Assembly: GCA_947624685.1 (NCBI GenBank)
Contig: CANQLJ010000003.1
Coordinates: forward strand, 13,067-77,066
Length of the DNA stretch: 64,000 nucleotides
From: Candidatus Gastranaerophilales bacterium
GTDB lineage: Bacteria > Cyanobacteriota > Vampirovibrionia > Gastranaerophilales > Gastranaerophilaceae
Reading direction: 5' to 3'
Below are positions 26,434 to 36,080 of the stretch, one piece after another. Made by a program: the position numbers and the translations under genes. The stretch's first letter is position 1; each line of letters starts with the position of its first letter. The notes below the pieces were generated by a model that did not search any database, was not told the DNA's origin, and saw nothing but the letters and a program-made list of their open reading frames with translations.

Positions 26434-26799
26434 ATGAAAAAAATACTTGTAATTGAAGATAACAAACTTAATTTGAAGCTTTTTTATGATATTTTAAAAT
26501 ATCATAAATATGACGTCGATTGTGCGCAGGATGGGGCTTTGGGGTATGAAAAAATAGTTAAAAATGATTATGATTTAATTATTTTGGATATTCAATTGCC
26601 AAAGATGACGGGTTTTGAGATATTGGAAAAATTGAAAAATGACAATAAAGATATTTCAAAAATAATCGTTGTTTCAGCCTATGCGATGGATGAAGATAAG
26701 CAAAAAGCCTATGCGTTTGGGCTTGACACATATATAACAAAACCAATCGATATAAATAATTTTATAAAAAATGTTAAACAAAAATTGGGTGAAATATAA
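26434..26799 (+). CDS. Stand-alone response-regulator receiver (CheY-like)
   Basis: KILVIEDN, DLIILDIQLP (phospho-accepting Asp), SAYA and KP motifs. 121 aa with no output domain. Confidence 0.85.
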   Translation: MKKILVIEDNKLNLKLFYDILKYHKYDVDCAQDGALGYEKIVKNDYDLIILDIQLPKMTGFEILEKLKNDNKDISKIIVVSAYAMDEDKQKAYAFGLDTYITKPIDINNFIKNVKQKLGEI

Positions 26800-27585
26800 A
26801 TGAAAGCGGATTATCACATTCACACAAGCTATAGCCCCGATTCGTTTGTGGATATGGAAGATTATATAATTTGCGCCATTAAAAATAATTTTGACGAAAT
26901 TTGTTTCACCGACCACATCGATTACGGCAACGAAAGCTGCTATTGCTGCGATTGCGTTAATTATTTAAAAGAGATAAATAATTATCAAAAAAAATATTCA
27001 AATAAAATCAAAATCAAATTCGGGATGGAATTTGGCGCCCAGGCAAGACACAAGGACTATTTTAACAGAATTTTTAATAATTGGGATTTTGATTTTATAA
27101 TTTTATCTTTTCATTTAATTGATGACCTTGATTTGTGGGATAGGTCATATCAAAGAGGAAAAACGCAGGATGAATTTAATTTAGGATATTATCAAGAAAT
27201 TTTAAACACGATTAAAGTTTATGATAACTATAGTGTCTTAGGGCATCTTGATTTAATTCGGCGCTATGACGATTATGGAGAATATCCTTTTTTAAAGACA
27301 AAAGATATTGTTGCGGAAATTTTATCTCATTTGATTGAAAATGACAAAGGAATTGAACTTAATACGTCATCATTTAGATATAATCTAGAAGATTTGATGC
27401 CAAGAAAAGAAATTTTAAAATTATATAAAGATTTAGGGGGAAAGATTATTACAATCGGCTCTGATTCCCATCAATGTGCCCATTTGGGATATAAAATCAA
27501 AGAGATGAAAGAAGTGTTAAAAAATATCGGGTTTAAATATTTTTGTACGTTTGATAAAATGTCCCCTCAATTTCACATGTTGTGA
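26800..27585 (+). CDS. PHP-family histidinol-phosphatase-like protein (HisJ/HisK type)
   Basis: MKADYHIHTSYSPDS, CFTDHIDYG, GHLD and GSDSH motifs. Confidence 0.65.
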   Translation: MKADYHIHTSYSPDSFVDMEDYIICAIKNNFDEICFTDHIDYGNESCYCCDCVNYLKEINNYQKKYSNKIKIKFGMEFGAQARHKDYFNRIFNNWDFDFIILSFHLIDDLDLWDRSYQRGKTQDEFNLGYYQEILNTIKVYDNYSVLGHLDLIRRYDDYGEYPFLKTKDIVAEILSHLIENDKGIELNTSSFRYNLEDLMPRKEILKLYKDLGGKIITIGSDSHQCAHLGYKIKEMKEVLKNIGFKYFCTFDKMSPQFHML

Positions 27586-27603
27586 TATATTTTTTTTCGA
27601 TAT

Positions 27604-28230
27604 TTAAACTTTATCTTTAATTAAATAGCCCAATTTTTTCTTTTTTATTAATTTAACTGATTTCATATCAGGCCCGGCGCCTTTATCTATAAGTTGTTGA
27701 GCAATATCAATCATATCGTTTTTTAGGGCGTAATATAGGATAGTATTATTTGTGACGCTATCTTTATAGTCGATTCTGGCATTTCTGTCCAAAAGATACT
27801 GTGCCATTGCTTGGTTTTTGTTTTTGACCGCTTCATACAGTTCGCTAAAAAATCCTTTATCAAGCTTCGCCCCGTGGTCATAAAGAAGAGCCAAAATATC
27901 GAATTGATTGTATTTTGCTGCTATATAAATAGGATATTCGCTTAGATAACTTTGATTGGGATTAACTTTTGAATCCAAAAGAAGCTCAACGTTTTCAATA
28001 TTTCCTTTTTTAATTTGTTCAATCATACATTGAGCGTTTGGCGAAAGCTTTTTTTGATATAGCAGGTCTTTTTGTTCCTGGGTGATTTTTTCTTTGTTTT
28101 GGCTGTTCATAATTATCGAGCGCGAAGAAAAATCCCCAAGTTCGCTTATATCAAAAGCAAAAACTTTTGCATTTTGCAAATTAAATACAAAAGTTAAAGC
28201 TAAAATTAAATTTAAAATAATCTTTTTCAT
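27604..28230 (-). CDS. Secreted ankyrin-repeat protein
   Basis: Signal peptide, then three ANK-like units (PIYIAAKYNQFDILALLYDHGAKLD, LYEAVKNKNQAMAQYLLDRNARID, ILYYALKNDMIDIAQQLIDKGAGPD). Confidence 0.7.
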   Translation of the reverse strand: MKKIILNLILALTFVFNLQNAKVFAFDISELGDFSSRSIIMNSQNKEKITQEQKDLLYQKKLSPNAQCMIEQIKKGNIENVELLLDSKVNPNQSYLSEYPIYIAAKYNQFDILALLYDHGAKLDKGFFSELYEAVKNKNQAMAQYLLDRNARIDYKDSVTNNTILYYALKNDMIDIAQQLIDKGAGPDMKSVKLIKKKKLGYLIKDKV

Positions 28231-28240
28231 AACAATAAAA

Positions 28241-28972
28241 TTATATAACTAATCCGCCGTCCACTTCAAGAACTTGTCCTGTGATATAGGTTGTTTCAGA
28301 CGCTAAAAACTTCACAGCTGAGGCTATATCATCGGGCGTTCCCATTCTTTTTAAGGGGATTAATTTTAACAATTCTTCACTGTTTGCTAAATCTTTTGTC
28401 ATATCGGTTGCAATGAATCCCGGGGCGATGGCGTTCACTCTGATGTTTCTTGAACCTAATTCTTTTGCTAATGATTTAGTGAATCCGATAAGCCCCGCTT
28501 TGGCGCTTGCATAGTTTGCTTGGCCGATGTTACCGTAGACCCCAACGACGCTTGACATATTAATTATCGCGCCGATTCTTTGCTTCATCATGACTTTTAC
28601 AACGGGTTTTGTGACATAATAAGCTGAATTTAAGTTTGTGTTAATAACCGCTTCCCATTTTTCGCTATCCATTCTGATAAAAAGGTCGTCTCTTGTAATA
28701 CCCGCGTTATTAACCAAAACATCGATTCTTCCAAAGTCTTTAATTATGTTTTCGATGTTTTCATTTACTTCAGCTTTATTTGAAACATCAAATTTATATG
28801 CTTTTGCTTGTACGTTTAGTGCTTTTAATTCTTCTATAGTCTTGTTTGCGGCTTCAGTATTACCTTGATAAGTGAGCGCTATATCATAGCCGCATTTTGC
28901 AAGAGCAAGAGCGCATGCTTTTCCGATTCCTCTTGAGCCGCCTGTGATTAGTGCCAGTTTTTCGCTTTGCAT
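28241..28972 (-). CDS. fabG: 3-oxoacyl-[ACP] reductase
   Basis: TGGSRGIGKA, NNAGI and YASAKAG motifs. 243 aa, adjacent to fabD. Confidence 0.9.
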   Translation of the reverse strand: MQSEKLALITGGSRGIGKACALALAKCGYDIALTYQGNTEAANKTIEELKALNVQAKAYKFDVSNKAEVNENIENIIKDFGRIDVLVNNAGITRDDLFIRMDSEKWEAVINTNLNSAYYVTKPVVKVMMKQRIGAIINMSSVVGVYGNIGQANYASAKAGLIGFTKSLAKELGSRNIRVNAIAPGFIATDMTKDLANSEELLKLIPLKRMGTPDDIASAVKFLASETTYITGQVLEVDGGLVI

Positions 28973-29003
28973 TCTTTATTTCTCCCCTAAAAATTATTTT
29001 TTA

Positions 29004-29951
29004 TTATATTTTAACCGTTAAATCTTCAATTGTTGATTTAAGGCTTGCTATATCGCTTATATTATAGGTTTTTATATCGGGCGATATTTTTCGATTCAGC
29101 CCTGCTAATACTTTTCCGTTTCCAAATTCAATGAATGTATCAACGCCTGTTTCAATTGCTTTTTGAATTGATTGATACCATAAAACCGATGAATTTATTT
29201 GATTGGGCATTTTATCTCTAAAATCATCCGCTTTTGTTGTTTCAAGCGCATCAATGTTTGTTATAACGGGAATTTTAGCGTCATTTAATTCAAGGTTTTG
29301 TACGAAATTTTTAAACCCAATTGTTGCGCTATTCATCAAATTTGAATGAAATCCCCCCGAAACCGCTAATGGCACTACTCTTTTTGCGCCTTTTTCTTTG
29401 ATTATTTCGCAAGCTTTTTCAACCGCTTTAATTTCGCCTGTTATAACGATTTGAGTCGGATCATTATAGTTTGCAATTTGGCATAGCCCCCAGGCTCTTG
29501 CTTCATCAAGCGCTTGGTTGATTATATCTTCACTTGAACCTAAAACAGCGGCCATGGTGCCATTCGTTGTTCTTGTTGCGCTATCCATAAGTTCTGAGCG
29601 TTTTTGGATGGCTTTAAGAGTTGTTTTTAAATCCATTACCCCCGCTTCATACATTGCACAATATTCGCCTAAAGAATGACCCAAAGTGCAAATTGGGGTA
29701 ATATCGGGGCATTCGTTTTTAAAAGCCTCTAAAGCGGCAATCGAAGTTGTTACAATTGCGCTTTGAGAATTAATTGTTTGCTTTAATACTTCATCGGGGC
29801 CTTCAAAACAGATTTTTGAAATTTCTTTATCCAAAATTTCATTTGCGCTACTGTAGATTTTTTTTGCAATTTCGCTGTTGTTATATAAATCAAGCCCCAT
29901 CCTGACGCTTTGGGAGCCTTGTCCGGGGAAGATAAAAGCAAATTTTGTCAT
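29004..29951 (-). CDS. fabD: Malonyl-CoA:ACP transacylase
   Basis: FPGQGSQ, GHSLGEY and the GGFHS-type motif (SGGFHS). Confidence 0.9.
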   Translation of the reverse strand: MTKFAFIFPGQGSQSVRMGLDLYNNSEIAKKIYSSANEILDKEISKICFEGPDEVLKQTINSQSAIVTTSIAALEAFKNECPDITPICTLGHSLGEYCAMYEAGVMDLKTTLKAIQKRSELMDSATRTTNGTMAAVLGSSEDIINQALDEARAWGLCQIANYNDPTQIVITGEIKAVEKACEIIKEKGAKRVVPLAVSGGFHSNLMNSATIGFKNFVQNLELNDAKIPVITNIDALETTKADDFRDKMPNQINSSVLWYQSIQKAIETGVDTFIEFGNGKVLAGLNRKISPDIKTYNISDIASLKSTIEDLTVKI

Positions 29952-29999
29952 TTTTGTTTGTTCCTCTTTATCTAAAAATATTGATTTAGTTAGTTTTTA

Positions 30000-31049
30000 T
30001 CAGTTTATTGTTTGAGCGATTTTGTGGCAGACATTTGATTCTACTGCTTCTTTTGCAACGCGAACAGCGTTTTTAATTGCGTAGGACGAACTTCTGCCAT
30101 GGGAGATGACTGTGATTCCTTTTACGCCAAGCAAAAGCGCTCCGCCAAATTCTTCGTAATTAATTTTTTTGTAAATTCTTTTCATGAAAGGCTTTGCCAA
30201 AAGCCCTACTATCATTGAAATAAAGTCACTTTTGAATTGTTCTTTGATTAATTTAAAAAGCATCATCGAACAGCCTTCGATTGTTTTTAGTGCGACATTT
30301 CCTACGAAACCTTCGCAAACAACGACATCAACGTCCCCTTGGAAAAGTTCTTTTCCTTCGATGTTTCCGATAAAATTAAGCCCTATTGTGTTTTCTTTTA
30401 AAAGTTTATAGGCTTCTTTTACAAGCTGGCTTCCTTTTTCTTCTTCTTCGCCGATGTTCATAATGCCGACTTTGGGGTTTCGTCTGTTATAAACGTTTTT
30501 TGCAAAAGTTGAACCCATTGCGCCGAATTGTAATAGCATCTCGGGTGTCACTTGTGAATTTGCTCCCGCATCAATTAAAATAACGGGTTCTTTTTTGGTG
30601 GGTAATGTCGCCGCTATCGCCGGGCGTTCAATTCCCCTGATTCTACCCAAGCCAAAAAGAGAGCTTGCCATGGCAGCCCCTGTTGAACCTGCCGCAACAA
30701 CGGCATCGGAGCTTCCTTTTGCAACGGCATCAACCGCTAAAACGATTGAAGAATTTTTCTTTTTGCGTATCGCCGCACCGACGGCTTCGCCCATTTCGAT
30801 AACTTCATCGGCTTGAGTGAGCTTAATATCCAGCTTTGATAAATCAACTTTTATGTTTTTGACAAAATATCCGCCGCGATTTGAACGAATACCTTTTTTT
30901 GATATTTCGTCCAAAACTTCCTGGATTTTGTCGACTTTTCCGACCAGCTCGATTGCCACATTATAATCTTGAGCCGCCCAGACAGCACCTTTAACGATTT
31001 CAGAGGGGGCGAAATCTCCTCCCATTGCATCTATCGCAATTCTTGTCAT
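30000..31049 (-). CDS. plsX: Phosphate acyltransferase PlsX
   Basis: IAIDAMGGDFAP N-terminus, about 350 aa, classic position after rpmF. Confidence 0.9.
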   Translation of the reverse strand: MTRIAIDAMGGDFAPSEIVKGAVWAAQDYNVAIELVGKVDKIQEVLDEISKKGIRSNRGGYFVKNIKVDLSKLDIKLTQADEVIEMGEAVGAAIRKKKNSSIVLAVDAVAKGSSDAVVAAGSTGAAMASSLFGLGRIRGIERPAIAATLPTKKEPVILIDAGANSQVTPEMLLQFGAMGSTFAKNVYNRRNPKVGIMNIGEEEEKGSQLVKEAYKLLKENTIGLNFIGNIEGKELFQGDVDVVVCEGFVGNVALKTIEGCSMMLFKLIKEQFKSDFISMIVGLLAKPFMKRIYKKINYEEFGGALLLGVKGITVISHGRSSSYAIKNAVRVAKEAVESNVCHKIAQTIN

Positions 31050-31080
31050 ACTAATTACCCCAATCGTACTTTTTTATAAA

Positions 31081-31488
31081 TTATTCTTCAGACTCTTTTT
31101 CTTTAGTTTCTTTTTTATCTTCTTTTTTCGTTTCTTTTTTATCTGCAGCTTCTTTTTCGGAATCGGCAGCTTTTTTTGCTCTGGGTTTTCTTGGTTTTTT
31201 AACTTCTTTGGTTTCTTGGGCTTCTGCTGAAGTTTCTTCTTTAGCTTCTTCTGTTTCAGCCGGTTTTGTTTTGGCTTTTTTATTTTCTTGAGTGTTTGTT
31301 ATTGTTTCATTTACTTTTTTAATTGAAGCAAATCCGTCTTTATAATAGCCGCAATTTGGGCATACTGTGTGAGTTAATACAATGGATTTGCAATTTGGGC
31401 AAGTCGTTGTAGCGGGAATTGTTCCTTTCCAGTTAGCACGTCTTGATGCTTGTTTTGCCTTGCCTGTTCTTTTCTTTGGTGTAGCCAT
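31081..31488 (-). CDS. rpmF: Ribosomal protein L32 with a ~75-aa K/E-rich C-terminal extension
   Basis: The N-terminal ~58 aa (MATPKKRTGKAKQASRRANWK...CPNCKS...CPNCGYYKDG) are a canonical zinc-ribbon L32. The frame then continues for about 75 more residues rich in K, E, T and A. Confidence 0.8.
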   Translation of the reverse strand: MATPKKRTGKAKQASRRANWKGTIPATTTCPNCKSIVLTHTVCPNCGYYKDGFASIKKVNETITNTQENKKAKTKPAETEEAKEETSAEAQETKEVKKPRKPRAKKAADSEKEAADKKETKKEDKKETKEKESEE

Positions 31489-31545
31489 TTTTATTTCCTT
31501 TTCTAATTATAATTAAATTTATTATTCGACTTATTTTTATTGTCT

Positions 31546-31584
31546 AAAAAAAAGAAGTCCTTGTCAATAATTTGCAAGGACTTC
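31546..31584 (-). terminator. Intrinsic terminator after the 65-aa wHTH gene
   Basis: 10-bp stem gaagtccttg/caaggacttc followed, on the minus strand, by a run of 8 T. Confidence 0.65.
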
Positions 31585-31604
31585 TTTATATTTAATTTAA
31601 TAAA

Positions 31605-31802
31605 CTATCTAAGGCTAACTTTTGTGTAAGAACCTTTTTTGTTGAAGTTTACTTTGTCTTCACGAGCTAACCAGCCAAGACCTAAGCTTGTAAAGTTTTC
31701 GTTAAGACCTAAATCTTTGTTCATTTTCTTTGTTGTAACTTCACCGTTTTCATTTAGGTATTCCCAAATTTTTCCAGCTGTTTCAATGATTGTTTCTTGC
31801 AT
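31605..31802 (-). CDS. Small winged-helix protein (DUF2582-like)
   Basis: 65 aa. IWEYLNENGEVTTKKM...LGLGWLAREDKV matches the pattern I associate with DUF2582. Confidence 0.5.
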   Translation of the reverse strand: MQETIIETAGKIWEYLNENGEVTTKKMNKDLGLNENFTSLGLGWLAREDKVNFNKKGSYTKVSLR

Positions 31803-31933
31803 TGTTTACTCCTTCTTAAATGTTGCATACAAGTTTACTACTGTGTGTGAATTTATTTATCAAATTCCTATTTGCATAATTATATTAATTTATAATATAG
31901 TGATTGTATATAGTTTAAATGGATGAAATAAGT

Positions 31934-32419
31934 ATGAAAAAAAATTGGATTTATAATGATAATGTTGATACCGACGTCATAATACCCGCGCGCTATCTGA
32001 ATTGCAGCGACAATGGCGAATTAAAAAAACATTGTATGGAAGATATTGATAAAAGTTTTTCAACTAATGTTAAAGAGGGTGATTTTATTATCGCCGGTTA
32101 CAACTTTGGATGCGGTTCATCAAGAGAACATGCTCCGCTTGCAATTAAGCTGTCGGGAATAAAAGCCGTTATTGCAAAATCTTTTGCTCGTATATTTTAC
32201 CGCAACGCCATCAACATCGGTCTTGTAATAATTGAAAACGACGAAATTCAAAAAGATGTTAAAGAGAATGATGAAATTGAGATTGATATTGAAAAAGGAA
32301 TAATTTTTAATAAAACTCAAAACAAAAACTATCATTTTAAACCTTACCCAAAAGAAATTCAAAAGCTCGTTGAAGTTGGGGGATTGGTTGAATATACAAA
32401 AACAATTTTAAATAAATAG
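31934..32419 (+). CDS. leuD: 3-isopropylmalate dehydratase small subunit (type 2)
   Basis: [38 protein letters not shown]. Confidence 0.8.
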   Translation: MKKNWIYNDNVDTDVIIPARYLNCSDNGELKKHCMEDIDKSFSTNVKEGDFIIAGYNFGCGSSREHAPLAIKLSGIKAVIAKSFARIFYRNAINIGLVIIENDEIQKDVKENDEIEIDIEKGIIFNKTQNKNYHFKPYPKEIQKLVEVGGLVEYTKTILNK

Positions 32420-32432
32420 TAAAGGAAAAAAT

Positions 32433-33521
32433 ATGAAAAATATATTAATTTTAATGGGTGATGGTGTATCTAATGAAATTATGCCCGCTGCAATTGAAGT
32501 TTTGGATGCGGTTAAAAAAATATATAAGCTTGATTTAAACTATAATTACGCACCGATTGGAGGCCGTGCCTATGAAGAAGCAGGAGTGCCGTTGCCTGAT
32601 AAGACTCTTGAGATGGCAAATTCATCGGATGCAATATTATTGGGTGCGGTGGGTGATGTAAAATATGATTCTTTGGCTCCCGAATTAAGACCCGAAAAGG
32701 CGCTATTAGGTATCAGGAAAAAATTAAATTTATTTGCCAATCTTCGCCCTGTTAAAGTTTTTGATGAACTTGTTGAATCGTCTCCCTTAAAATCCGACAT
32801 TGCAAAAGATGTCGATATAATGATTGTAAGAGAATTGACGGGAGATGTGTATTTTGGAGAACCTAAAGGAGCGGGAATTAAAAAAACTCTTGATAATAGA
32901 GAGATTAAATATGCTTTTAACAATATGATTTATGACGAAGATGAGATTAGAAGAATAGCCCATGTGGCGTTCAGCGCCGCTCGAAAAAGAAAACAAAGAG
33001 TCTGCTGTGTTGATAAGGCAAATGTGCTTGATGTTTCAAGATTATTTAGAGAAATTACAAAAGAAGTGTCAAAGCAATATGAAGATGTTGAATTGAGTTT
33101 TATGTATGTTGATAATTGCGCAATGCAGCTTATTTTAAACCCGAGAAAGTTTGATGTTATTTTAACGGGTAATATCTTTGGAGATATTTTATCCGATGAA
33201 GCTTCGACCATTTGTTCGTCGTTGGGGATGTTGCCTTCGGCGAGCTTATCTGACGGAAGCAGCCCCTATATGTATGAACCGATCCATGGCAGTGCTCCCG
33301 ATATTGCGGGGAAAAATTGCGTGAATCCTATTGCAACCATACTATCTGCTGCAATGATGCTATATTATTCATTTAACGAAAAATCAGCCCATGATTCAAT
33401 CTATCGTGCGGTAAAAGATGTCTTAAAAGAAGGTTATCGCACAAAAGACATTGCTCAAAAGAAATGTACAATCGTTACGACCACTAAAATGACCGATTTA
33501 ATTATTTCAAAATTAAAATAA
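32433..33521 (+). CDS. leuB: 3-isopropylmalate dehydrogenase
   Basis: LFANLRPV, IVRELTGDVYFG, NIFGDILSDEAS, GSAPDIAGK. Confidence 0.9.
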   Translation: MKNILILMGDGVSNEIMPAAIEVLDAVKKIYKLDLNYNYAPIGGRAYEEAGVPLPDKTLEMANSSDAILLGAVGDVKYDSLAPELRPEKALLGIRKKLNLFANLRPVKVFDELVESSPLKSDIAKDVDIMIVRELTGDVYFGEPKGAGIKKTLDNREIKYAFNNMIYDEDEIRRIAHVAFSAARKRKQRVCCVDKANVLDVSRLFREITKEVSKQYEDVELSFMYVDNCAMQLILNPRKFDVILTGNIFGDILSDEASTICSSLGMLPSASLSDGSSPYMYEPIHGSAPDIAGKNCVNPIATILSAAMMLYYSFNEKSAHDSIYRAVKDVLKEGYRTKDIAQKKCTIVTTTKMTDLIISKLK

Positions 33522-33565
33522 TTAAAACAGAATTAAAATAGAAAAAATATTATAAATAAATTAAA

Positions 33566-34003
33566 TCAGCCTTGATAGAAAGCTCCGCCTCGTTTGATTT
33601 TGCAAGCTTCGGGGCCCAGTTTTTGTACGGATGAGAGTGTTTCGATACCTTGAGAACTTTCATAGCCTGTAGCTTTCATTTCTTTTGCTATGTTATGAAG
33701 TTCGCTTACGCTGAAATGGCATTTGACGGATTTATTAAATGAAACTTCTTCATAATAACATTGACGATTAGCAAAGCCATAGATTATGATAATTCTGCTA
33801 TTTCCGTTATCTAAATATTTTGAACAGGTGTAAAAGCTTGAAAGAAAGTCTTTTTGATTTTCGTTTTCTTTGTTTTCATTTTGTTCATTTCCATTTTGCT
33901 CAGCCATTGCAAAATTAGCGTTTGACTTAGGATTATTAAATAATTTTAAACTGATAATAACGCTAAGAAATATAATAAATGTTATTGAAAGAAATTTTTT
34001 CAT
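33566..34003 (-). CDS. Secreted hypothetical protein
   Basis: Signal peptide MKKFLSITFIIFLSVIISL, then an N/E/Q-rich linker and a Cys-containing C-terminal domain. Confidence 0.4.
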   Translation of the reverse strand: MKKFLSITFIIFLSVIISLKLFNNPKSNANFAMAEQNGNEQNENKENENQKDFLSSFYTCSKYLDNGNSRIIIIYGFANRQCYYEEVSFNKSVKCHFSVSELHNIAKEMKATGYESSQGIETLSSVQKLGPEACKIKRGGAFYQG

Positions 34004-34049
34004 AATTCTACCTTTAACAATAACTTAACATCAATTATATATTATAGCT

Positions 34050-36017
34050 TCATATTTTTGGTGTATTTTGGTTATTTTTTTGAGCTTGTTTTGCTTTTTG
34101 TTTTTCAACAACCCTTAATTTTAATTTCCCGCCAACCGGCACCATTAAAACAGGAACCAAAAATCTTACAACAAAAGTAAATATTGTTAAGGATTTGAAT
34201 TTATTTAATTTCTTTGAATATTCGCCGCAGAGTGAATTAATCTCTTTTTCGACCATTTTTGCGTCATTAAGATTTATTTGAGAAAGTCTTTTTGCGACAT
34301 TTGTGCTATCTAAGATATTTTTGCATGTGTTTACAATTGTGGTTCGGATGGGTTCCGTGTTTTTGAGGTTTTCTATGGTTTGATTGATTAAATCTTCATT
34401 TAATTCAATGTTATTTTTGAGAGAGTTTTTAATTGCGTTTGATTGTTTGAGGTTTTCTATTATTTCTTTAGTGTTGACGTTAGCTTCATTTAAGTGTTTT
34501 TTGCAAACATCATTAAGCGCCATTTTGACAATATCGGGAATGTTTTGTTCATGGATTGTTTTTGTGGAATTAATTATGTCGCTATGTTCTTTTTTGACGG
34601 CTTGGATTGCTTTTTTGATATTATCTCCGTATAAATTTGTTGCTTTTTTAATTACGCCGTCTAATGCCCAGTCTATCAAAAATGCGCAGCTGCTTGATAC
34701 AATTGTTACAAGCGCGGTGTGGATGTTTAATCCGAGCTTTTGACTCGGGTCAATGTGTTTAGAATGTTTTGTGTTAATAAGCCAATAAGCGGTGACACCG
34801 AATGATTCAAGGTCTGCCATTCTTGCGGAGGGCTTTTTGGCATGGGCTAAAAGTTTTGTAAGGTTTGAACCTACATAGCTCATGCCTGCTTTTTCAATCA
34901 GGCCTGCAGTTCCGTCTATTGCGCTTGATAAAATATTTCCGTTAAATGAGATTGGTCGGCTTGAGGAGGGGTTTTGATTAGAATTTAATAAATTTTTGAA
35001 TTTTTCGTTTTCTTGTTTAAAGTTGCTGTTCATCTCAAGAGCAAGAGAGTTTCTTTTTAATTCTTCAAGCCTTTGTTGTTCTTTTTGTTTATTTTTCTTT
35101 GCAAACAATAGTGCCATAACGGTGGGTAAAAGTGCGCTTGATATAATTGCTTTAAGAATTGAAGTTGCTGCCCCCGTTGAATTTTTCCACAAAATTTCAA
35201 AAGCGTCGCTATATAAGGTATTACTTTTTAGATTTTTTGTTTGATTTTTAAGTTGAGTTGCAAAAGCGGTATTTTTTTGAAAAATTTGAAGATGATTTTT
35301 TTCAAAATCGCTTGTAAGTTTAGCTGCCTTTGAAGCAATTTCATCATAACTTGGGGTATAGTCTGCATTTTTAAACATTGTTTTTATAAATGTCGTTGCT
35401 TTTTTGATGCCATTAAAATCATTTGATAAATTTTTTGCATTTTGAAATTTGTTTTTTAAGGTGTTGTGTTCTTTGCCCAGGATTGATTTTGCCAATTCAA
35501 GCGCCGGATATTCGTCACTTTTGACGGATGTAATATTTCCTTTGTCATCTAATTTGACTAATTTTAGATTGTTTTTAATTATATCAACGGATTTTTTAAT
35601 GTATTGTCCGCCGATGGTAAAACTCATAAATGAGCCTAAAAACGCTTGAAGAAAGTTTTTTGTGGCAACGATTTGCTTATCTTTTTCTTCGGAGCCGGGC
35701 ATATGTAATACTGCCATCGGTTTTAAAATACCAGCTATTAAAAGAGCGTAAATTGCGGTAAATTTGACTTCGTTATCATAGACGCTGTTTATTAAATTGT
35801 TGATGGTTTTTGAATTAACAAAGCCGTCAAGTGCTTTTTGTCCCAATGAACCTACAGACCCGCCAAAGCTAATCGCTTGTGCGGGTCTATTTTGTGCGTT
35901 ATTATTGTCTTTGTCACTTTGCAAAAAATCATCATTTGATAATTTTTTCTTTTTGACATCATATATCTTATTTTTGTTGTAATGCTTATATAATTGATTG
36001 TTTAACTCAATTTTCAT
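34050..36017 (-). CDS. Large hypothetical membrane-associated protein with internal duplication
   Basis: 655 aa. Two halves each begin with RP..ISF(G/N)G followed by hydrophobic segments. Coiled-coil-like K/N-rich regions and a C-terminal TM helix are present. Confidence 0.45.
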   Translation of the reverse strand: MKIELNNQLYKHYNKNKIYDVKKKKLSNDDFLQSDKDNNNAQNRPAQAISFGGSVGSLGQKALDGFVNSKTINNLINSVYDNEVKFTAIYALLIAGILKPMAVLHMPGSEEKDKQIVATKNFLQAFLGSFMSFTIGGQYIKKSVDIIKNNLKLVKLDDKGNITSVKSDEYPALELAKSILGKEHNTLKNKFQNAKNLSNDFNGIKKATTFIKTMFKNADYTPSYDEIASKAAKLTSDFEKNHLQIFQKNTAFATQLKNQTKNLKSNTLYSDAFEILWKNSTGAATSILKAIISSALLPTVMALLFAKKNKQKEQQRLEELKRNSLALEMNSNFKQENEKFKNLLNSNQNPSSSRPISFNGNILSSAIDGTAGLIEKAGMSYVGSNLTKLLAHAKKPSARMADLESFGVTAYWLINTKHSKHIDPSQKLGLNIHTALVTIVSSSCAFLIDWALDGVIKKATNLYGDNIKKAIQAVKKEHSDIINSTKTIHEQNIPDIVKMALNDVCKKHLNEANVNTKEIIENLKQSNAIKNSLKNNIELNEDLINQTIENLKNTEPIRTTIVNTCKNILDSTNVAKRLSQINLNDAKMVEKEINSLCGEYSKKLNKFKSLTIFTFVVRFLVPVLMVPVGGKLKLRVVEKQKAKQAQKNNQNTPKI

Positions 36018-36080
36018 GATACTTTTATAAAACTTGTGAAAATATTTATTTGCTAAAGAATAATTAATTTGTTACAAAAA

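Noticed and set aside
31803-31933. Possible T-box, leader peptide or riboswitch upstream of leuD, and similarly upstream of lysC at about 40900.
   Set aside because: The leuD upstream region is only about 130 nt of AT-rich sequence with no specifier or antiterminator-like structure. lysC overlaps the preceding TPR gene, leaving no leader.
31919-33521. leuD-leuB without an adjacent leuC large subunit.
   Set aside because: It is most likely encoded elsewhere in the genome. Split leu clusters are common, so this is not evidence of anything unusual.
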